Shown: positions 26,001-34,159 of the stretch, one piece after another
Layout of the letters: every line of letters begins with the position of its first letter
Numbering within the stretch: position 1 is the stretch's first letter
DNA from: Selaginella moellendorffii
Lineage: Eukaryota; Plantae; Lycopodiophyta
Length of the DNA: 64,000 nucleotides
NCBI RefSeq assembly: GCF_000143415.4
Contig: NW_003314267.1
Coordinates: 62,001-126,000 of the forward strand
Reading direction: 5' to 3'
Notes under the pieces: generated by a model
Database searches by the model: none
What the model was told of the DNA's origin: nothing
What the model saw: only the letters and a program-made list of their open reading frames with translations
Program-made: the position numbers and the translations under genes

Positions 26001-27044
26001 ATAACGGTTTCGAACAGTCACCTTGTTCAAACCTTGGTAGTCGATGACTAGCCGCAAGCTCCCATCCTTCTTCTTGACAAAGAAGACAAGCGCTCCAGCC
26101 AGGGACTGCGAATGTTGAATGTAGCCCGAGGCAAGGTTCTCATCCACGTACTCTTTGAGGGCCTTAAGCTCGGACGGGGATAACCCATAGATAGGCCCCC
26201 ATGGAGGTGACGCTCCTTCCTGTAAATCAATGGAACAATCATAAGGCCGATGAACAGGCAGTACACTAGCTTTTTTCTTGTCAAACACATCCCCAAAATC
26301 ATGATACTTCTCAGGAAGACTGACAGGAGAAACATGCAAAGCAAAAAGAAAAAGAGGTTCTTCATGAAGGAGTTCTTTCATAGTGATTGTGGAGATAGGA
26401 GGAGGCGTACGACTAAATGGAATGATGAGACGAGAATACGTTCCAGTGTAAGATGGAAGAGAGGAAAAAGAAGAGGGTGAAAACTTTATAGAGTCAGGAA
26501 CAGAACCCCGATTTGAGTTTAGGGAACTTTTCCTGATTCGAACTCGATGAACAGCAGGGGAAGCCGTGGGAGAGATGAACTGTAATTCCTTCCAACAGAT
26601 CTGAGGCTGATGTAGTTGGAACCAAGGAAGACCGAGCACCACAGAGGAGGACTTGCTATTGATGATGTTGAAGGTGATATCGGTGACGGTGGACCCGATG
26701 TGTACTCGAATGGGCAACGTTTCCCTAAGTCCAGAAGATGGAGACACAAAATGCCTGCCGATGCCTTCAACCCTCAAATCTCGTATGGTAGGAGAAAGAG
26801 GAACATGATGTCGGGCAGCAAAGTCCGTGTCCATGAAGCAGGAAGTTGCACCCGAGTCCAATAATGCCAGAGCTTTGAGTCCTGATTGTCCGGTGAAAGA
26901 AAGGAGACATGGGATGCGGAAGTTGCGGGAATTGGTGGTGGCTTTGATGAAAGGTGGTGAGGAGCTTGATAAAGAAGAAAAGTGATTTTTATTCGAGGAG
27001 TCCAAACAGACAGCTCCTACTCTGTTTGGACAGGGTCGTTTCCC
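23064..27044 (-). pseudogene. pol: Retrotransposon pol: protease, RT, RNase H, integrase, chromodomain; interrupted by insertions at 24802-24858 and 24114-24275 and a 17-bp duplication near 23521-23555
   Basis: [128 protein letters not shown]. Confidence 0.93.
24114..24275. mobile_element. 162-bp nested insertion, probable solo LTR/TRIM
   Basis: TGTAGCGCA...TGCGCTACA termini; flanks CATGG/TATGG; removal restores integrase MAHFLPCTKEF. Confidence 0.8.
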
Positions 27045-27994
27045 GACTGCAATAGAGGTGGACTTTGAGGCAGAGTGAACTCGAGCAGTCGAGGAGGCTT
27101 CTTGGGATATACAATTGCTTTGTGATTAGGATCAGCACAATAGAGGTAAAGATTATGAGATATTCGACGTTGCTTCTCAGCAGGACTCAACTTCCCTCTA
27201 ATGAGTCGGGGAGTACCAGAAATATCCATTGGAACCGGAGCAGTAGGTTCAAGAGTATGCCCCGAAGACTCAAGCTGGGATTCCTGAGTCTAGGACGGAA
27301 AAACAGCGGCGTGGCGACTTTCCTGACGACGTTCAAAGAGACGATTGTCACATCGAACAGCTTTGTTGATGGCATCCGATAGGTCCTTGGGATCCTCCAT
27401 GGTGAGCAACAAATCCTTGACACCGTTGTTGAGGCCGAAACGAAATTGGTCAATTAGGGCCCGCTCATCCCACTGAGTGTCCAAAGCAAGGAGTTGGAAC
27501 TCTGCAGCATAGATCAAGGCAGGACGAGACCCCTGAGAGAGATGTCTCATCTTTGTGGTAGCAGCCCAAACCCGATCCGTCTCGCCAAAACATGCTTCGA
27601 GCTTCTCTTTGAACAATTGAAGATCCATCAGCTCTGGAACCACGACCCCTTTCATGCTCTTCTCCAGAAGAGGAGAAAACCATGACAAAGCTGCACCTTC
27701 GAGCAACGTCCCAATCGCGCCGATTTGAGACTCGAGAGTAGGGTACCGCCGATGTTGAAGTGCGAAGATCAACTCCATCTGGTTCAGGAATCTGCGAAGC
27801 TCCGAACACTTGCCTGAAAATTTCGCCGGGAAGCTCACCTTCGGTTCAGGAACTTTGCTGGATCCTTGAGCCGAAAGTGAAGCAAGCTCCTGCTGCATGC
27901 GAAGAAGGGTCGCCTTCAGCTCGGTATTCTCAGACTGGATTTTTGCAAGGACTTCAGCAAAGAAATTAGGATGGCTTGGAGACTCCATTGGCAA
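27017..27994 (-). pseudogene. gag: Retrotransposon gag (PEG10/Sushi-like capsid, degenerate zinc knuckle) with an in-frame premature TAG at 27290
   Basis: PAKFSGKCSELRRFLNQM, LLEGAALSWF, LSQGSRPALIYAAEFQLLA, FRFGLNNGVKD; same frame resumes PVPMDIS..YLYCADPNHKAIVYP. Confidence 0.9.
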
Positions 27995-29532
27995 GAAGAA
28001 AGAAAAGAAAGGGGGAAAAAGACAAAGGCAATCAAATAATCAAAGCGAGCTAAAAAAAAAGCAAAAACCACAATCTGAATCAAACTGTCAAGATCCTCAA
28101 CAAGATCAAGACTGGAAAATGCTAAAAACAAAGAGAAAAAGCTAGTGAAAACAAAGAAAAGGCTTTAGACTGGTGTTGATTCAGATTGTGGAGAAATGGA
28201 ACAAGGCTAACCTATATATACTATAGGTTGATGAAGCTCCACCACTCTTGGATCGAGGACGGCCTAAATATAGCTGAGGTCGAGGAGGCGCCACATCATC
28301 ATCAGGAATGTGGCTCGAGACTCAGGAATCGGGAAGTGTCTCGAGAGTCAGGAATGTGGTCTACAGGTTAGGAATCCGGCGAGAGTCAGGAATGTGGCAA
28401 GAATTGGGGGATTCCTAACAGGTTTCAACTTCCATCCAAACTCCATTTCAAACTCCATATTAGACTCCATCTTGAGTCCATCTTGAATTCCACCTCAGAC
28501 TCAAATTCCATCTCAAACTCCTTTTCAAACTTGGTCTTAACACTTCAATGTGTTATGACATTTACTATATGTCAGTCTTTCTTGTGTCCCTTTTTAAAGA
28601 CTCATTCATCAATTATTTCATACTCATTTCTTAGGCACTTTATTAGGAGTTCCATTTGCACTCTTGACTTTCCGAGTTGAAACTTTTGGTCTAAATATAT
28701 TATGCTCATTAGACTTCTACTTTAACCACTACTATATAACACACTTTTGGCTCCACTTTAAGGCTTAAAGATTTGTGTCTCATAAGGAGAATATCACAAA
28801 TATAAGATAAATATAAAATAGGAATTTTTATGTATTTTTTGCTAAGGATATTTAATCTTGTAATCATACCTTATATGTTAATCATATTAGGGGAATATCC
28901 ATATCCTCCTATGCACTTTTGAATTTGCACTCATATAGCCTAGTATTACTCATTAAATCTCTCAAGGCATTCAACCAATTGGAAAATGAATGCATTTTTT
29001 ATTCATGTCTCTCTATATTTGAACCCTAATAAATTGTCTTTTAAATTATTCTCTTTAATTATTTACATCTTGGAATTGAAATGCTAGATATTCTAGGAAT
29101 TTCTAATATCCTCCTTTACTCCTTAACTTGACACTCTATATTTTTTTTTCTTTTGCTCTTTATCTATATGCTCAAGAATTCAATCTATCCCTTTGTTTAA
29201 TGGCCCTAAAACTTAAATCTTGTTTCATTATGTCTAAGGGTTATGTTTTACTCCATGGTTATCCTATAATAAGCTACTATAGGGTACATTACACTCACAC
29301 TCAAGGTGTATTTGACTCCAAATTGACTTCAAATCAACTTACAACTCACCCAATGCAAAAAATATATATTAAGTTCAAGAATGGTAGCAAGTATTGCCAC
29401 AAATGAGTTGTAATAAGTGTGCCTGTATGAGAGCTTAGGTTTGTGAGAGGATCAATCAAGGATGCTTTTGGCTATGAAAGAGAAAAGGCAAGCTATTGTA
29501 CACTAATTTTTTCACATTAATGAGTTAAGTTT

Positions 29533-31291
29533 TTAACACTGGAAACATTTTGCAAACCATCCAAATTTTTCCACCTTGTGCATTAGATTGTGCATGCTTG
29601 CCCAGGAACCAAAGCCTATGCCTATGATTCCAACCCAAATAACCAATCCAAGGTTGATGCAATAAACACCCACCCAACTCTTGATCCAAAATGGTGGTTG
29701 CTCTACCGCATTCTGAAATCAAATTTTTTGATATGGACAGAAAAGTGTGGCTTGTACCTCTCTTGATTCTTTGTGCTGCCTTATTACCATGAAAGCAAGG
29801 CATGGGAGAATATATATGCCAATGCTGGAGAGCGTAGCACCCACCACTGAGTTGATAGAACCAAAGAATGGAAGCATAATAGCAAGAAAACAAATGCCCA
29901 ACACAATTGGCATCCTGGCTACACACTTTAAGGTGTAGTTTTGGGAGCAGTGGATGCCTAGTAATTTCTCCCACATTGCAAATACTGGAACCACAAGTGC
30001 AGCAAACTCAATGAACTGCAAGAAAATAAAAGATTAAATGTTAAGATTATCATTGAGATTTTAAGTCCACCTGATGGGTAAGCATAAGGATGATAGCTAC
30101 ATTTTTGAACTTGGATGGGGAAAACACTGCTAGGGCATTTGGATGATCGAGCATTTGATCACCAAATCTCCAATACACACTCACTGCAGATGGGAGTGTA
30201 AGTGTGAAGGTATAAAGGATTGCATACACATTGGTTGTCTTGTATTTTCTTGGTGTATCCATAGCTTCAGCAATCTCTCTGAAAGCTGAAACTTAATAGC
30301 ACTGAAGTAGATCATATTGAACTTACAGTGTCAAAGCATGGTTACCAAATGTAAATAGAATATTTGTAGCACCTGAAAAATATTGAATTGTACTTACTGG
30401 AGCTGAATGTTGCACATGCTTATCATGCTGTGAAAGTTATTAAATTTAAAATATTGATAAAGCTAAGACATACCTTTTCAAAAAATATCGATGCAATAGT
30501 GAAATACCAAGCTGTATAAGTTGTCATGAATATGCCAAAAAACACCCAAAGTCTATAATTCCGTGCTGTGGGAATAAGTACAGTGAGAAAACAAAGAGCT
30601 CCAAATATAAAGGTCCAAGTCCTTTTGTCAAGGCTATTATTCATGTACCAGATTGTGCTGTCCACTAGAATTTTAGTGATTTTTGTTTTCTATATGTAAC
30701 TTACTTTGCGCAAGCTATGAGTTGAATTGTTGCAGTGCTCACCAGCAATGCACAATTGAATAGCAATCCAGGTGCTCTCCACCATCGACCCAAAAGACCA
30801 TTTAATACTTCATACCACTATCATCAAGTTTTGTATTTTTTTTCAGGCGACATCAGAAGTTTAGAGTTTCGTTACCTGAATTATGTGACTCTTCCTACGA
30901 GTGTTGTGCCTTTCAAGAATTTTCACATAATCCATATACAGGCACATAGTTATATAACAGCTCCAACAACCAAGAGCACCGTATAGAAGTTGAAATATTA
31001 TTCCAGATGTAATTCCCATTTGTGCAATAGTGTGTGGAAGAGTGAGGAGAACTTGTGCTACCTGCACAAGGGTAAATGAGTATTTCTCCATAGATTTTGA
31101 ATATAATTCTAGAGAAGTTTTACCTGTGCTGTGGTTGTAGTGAGCCAAGCGTCAAATGAAGAACCTCCTACAAGGAAAGCTCCAATTTTCTTTTGGATGC
31201 TTCTTGCAGCTGTGAAATTGTTACTCTCTTCAACATTCGTAATTTGCATTCCAATGCCTACCCTAGACTCGTCCTTGCAGAAGGATTCCAT
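29533..31291 (-). CDS. Divergent AUX1/LAX-family permease, copy 1 (8 exons)
   Basis: GGSSFDAW..QVAQVLLTLP, HIIQWYEVL, LDKRTWTFIFG, MTTYTAWY, GATNILFTFGNHA, TLTLPSA..VYWRFGD, PFFGSINSVVGA, FAKCFQC*; AUX1-type exon layout. Confidence 0.9.
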
Positions 31292-31574
31292 GATTTGCAA
31301 ACAGAAGAGCAACCTATAGTCAATAAAGACAAATTACAAGTCCTGCGAAAAAGCAAGTCCTTTGGAAATGAAAGTCCTCCCGGGCATTTCCTTAACTTTA
31401 GGGTTTTTCTGTCTGGGCTCCAGACGATTTGCTGTCTAGGATCAATGATCTTCAGTGTTATGATAGCAACGCGGATGCAAGGAAGAGGTTGGAAGTAGAT
31501 CACAGCGCACCATTTCACATGTCGGAAGTCGGTTGGTTTCCTTCTTGGCAAAGGTGGTGGTGGGAGTGTATGCT

Positions 31575-32003
31575 CGTTACATGATATGGCTCCTCTCATC
31601 AAGCGTGTTGTTGGTATTTCACCCAATTACCAATGCGAGGAGGGCTTTCCCGTGAGGCTTAGAGAATTCCACGAAGCTGAAAAAGAAGATCAAAATGAGA
31701 AATAAAAGCCACTGAACGAATCGTGGCTAAACGTCTTTTTCATCTTTTTCTTTCGCACCTTTTGCTCTTCGATTTCCATCTCAATGTAAGAGCAGGCATC
31801 CGGAATGTCGAAGTTCTTGAGCAGCCGAGCTTAAAAGAGATCTCGTGACGAGTTTAATTACCTGAGGATGGATGATTCCAAAGGATCCAACGCAGGAGCC
31901 TTTGTACAAAAGTTTGGCTGACGACCCTTGAAAGCTCCCAGCGAAACGGGCTACATTACAAATGATAAAAACTTTTCCTTACATTGAATGGCTCCACGGT
32001 GTA
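31575..32003 (-). pseudogene. Duplicated 3' end of the PheRS beta gene (copy of ~46765-47183)
   Basis: Near-identical stretches: ttcgatttccatctcaa..gaatgtcgaagttcttgagca; ttccaaaggatccaacgcaggagcctttgta. Confidence 0.85.
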
Positions 32004-32910
32004 GATTTCTGTATTGAGTGAGTCTGGAAAGGAGGTGTAAACAAAGCCAGCTTCTTTGGCGGGCTTGGCAGTGTAGAGAGAGCGACATTGTTTTGTTTTC
32101 TTCGACCAGGCACAGATAGCTCTCTTTCACTTGAAAATGAAAGAAGGGACTTATGTGGAGAGGAGAGTTTTGTGGAAAGTGGAGACTGGTAGCGCATGCT
32201 CGCACTTGCACACGACTACCGGGTGATGCGAATTGACCGTGGCTATATTTTCAAGTTTTCTCTTCCTTCTAGAAAACTTTTCTCACGGTTTCACAGGTGG
32301 AGATCAACCTCCATATGACTCCAGGAATGATCTCTTTGATTCATTGTAAATCCTCCGGCTGAAGCATGGCCACTGACAAACGATCCAGGAAACGTGTCAG
32401 CACGGAAAACCGACCAGATTGCTGGGATTGTCGGCATTGGAACGATTGAGGAGATTGCGATAGGAAAAAACAACTCAAGTTGAGAGAAACTTCAAAACCT
32501 AATATTGATACCACAAGCCTTAAAATTCCACGGGCGACTTTGTGCGAATCACAAGTCAAGACCGAGAAAAACTTTCCCTGTCCAAAGAAAAAAAAAGTCA
32601 AAATCTTTCTCCTTCTTCCTAGATGTTTTCGCTGTTTACCTCATTCGTAGTGATCAAAGCAGCTGCCTTGGGATCATCCTCAACCTGGAAGTGCGAATGA
32701 ATTTGCGCGACTGAGAGAGAGATTGCTTTCGTGATTACCTTGTCAAGCGCCGAATGAATCTCTGCTATAGTGGTCGGATTCAACATGAAATTCACTTCGA
32801 TTCTCATTCTCATGTAATAAAACTGGATGTATACTGCCCATCTCCGCCATCAAATTTGAGAACGTCGGGGGGAACGCCCCGAGCTTCACAAAACTCTCCT
32901 CGCTTATTTC
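32004..32910 (-). pseudogene. Rearranged enoyl-CoA isomerase pseudogene (copy of ~13055-14065)
   Basis: High similarity to ECI exons and introns, but start codon reads ATA, with deletions and shuffled segments. Confidence 0.85.
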
Positions 32911-32997
32911 CTCTGACGATTTTAGGGCTTTGACAGTCAATGTTATTTATAGTAAGGGTCTAAAGAACTATCCCACCAAGAGCCCTAGAATTTGGCG

Positions 32998-34085
32998 ATG
33001 GAGCTCGAGTGGTGCAGCCAGGCGCTGGATGCGCTCAAGACGAAGACGCATGATCAGGCAATCGCAGAATACAGTGAGTGATCTCTTTTGGATTGTGAAT
33101 CGAGCGCTGAATCTCTTGTTCTAGACGATCTCAGGATTATCGAGGCCAAGGAGCTGCTCCAGAACTTAGGGGATCATCCGTATTGTAAGGCAGCGACGCG
33201 GGTAGAGCTTCACGGCGTTCGCGACACCACCGGCTTCGTCAATGCGAATTTCATCCGGCACAAGGCTCTGTTCGGGGGGCCGACGGCGATCTGCGCTGGA
33301 AATCCCGACGCGCCAGATCGTTTCTGGGAGATGATCGTGCAGCAGCGCTGTCGAGCAATCGTCAAACTTACTGCTGTGAGTGTCTTGCTCGATTGCTCGA
33401 GGGAGTATTACTCGAACATTTTTTATTTTTTTGGTTTTGTAGGAATGCTACGCTGATTACTTTCCATCAAGGCCAGGAGAATTCGACAACTTTGGAGATA
33501 TCAGAGTGACGAACAAGAGCTTGCAGCACAGTCGGTTTGGAGTTTCCAAGCGTGTTTTGGAAGTGGAATCCCCCGGCCATGAGGCCTTTGGCATTGAGCA
33601 CTTTCAATACTCGTGGACGGACTTTGGAGTCCCAAGGTTGGTAGAGCCCGTCCTCGAAATTTTCGAGGAGCTCTACAAGCTTCAACCTGGATGCTCGTAT
33701 GTCGTTCACTGCAGGTGCGTGCTTATCTTCTTCCTTTCTTCCTTGTTTATCTTTTTCTCTTTCTTTTCTTGGCCTGTGTTCCTTGGAATCTAAGTCTGTT
33801 TGCTTGCCAGGGCTGGAATCGGTCGTTCGGGAACTTTTATTACCATTGACCATATTTTAAGAAGGATTCTAAGTGGAGACCTGAGTGCCGTGAATGTTGC
33901 TGATGTAGTTCAGTACCTCCGACAGCAGCGAGGTGGATTAGTTGAGACGAACGTAAGCCAAGCCCTTGGGTTTTACTCTTTTTTTCCCTTTTGTCTAAAT
34001 GATATTCTGTTCATTGCAGGAGCAATACTGGTTCTGTTTCAGAGCAATTATCAAGCACCTGGAGTGCTTTCTAGCACAGAAGTAA
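32998..34085 (+). CDS. Classical-fold protein tyrosine phosphatase, atypical motifs; exons 32998-33073, 33125-33375, 33443-33714, 33811-33952, 34020-34085
   Basis: FVNANFI, RFWEMIVQQRCRAIVKLT, HFQYSWTDFGVP, VVHCRAGIGRSGTF (P-loop), LRQQRGGLVETNEQYWFCFRAI; GT-AG introns keep frame. Confidence 0.88.
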
Positions 34086-34159
34086 GCTTTGTGAAAACGA
34101 TTTTGACTGACTTTCTTACGACCAATCGCCTGCTGAAATCACATGAGGACGCCATAGCC

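Larger units (their letters stand above)
22695..28420 (-). mobile_element. Full-length, disabled Ty3/gypsy chromovirus LTR retrotransposon (Tf1/Sushi/Tcn1-like)
   Basis: 335-bp TG..CA LTRs at 22695-23029 and 28086-28420 (about 10 differences, all transitions); GGTTT TSD at 22690-22694 and 28421-28425; PPT gaggagggggtgc; order gag-PR-RT-RH-INT-chromodomain. Confidence 0.97.
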
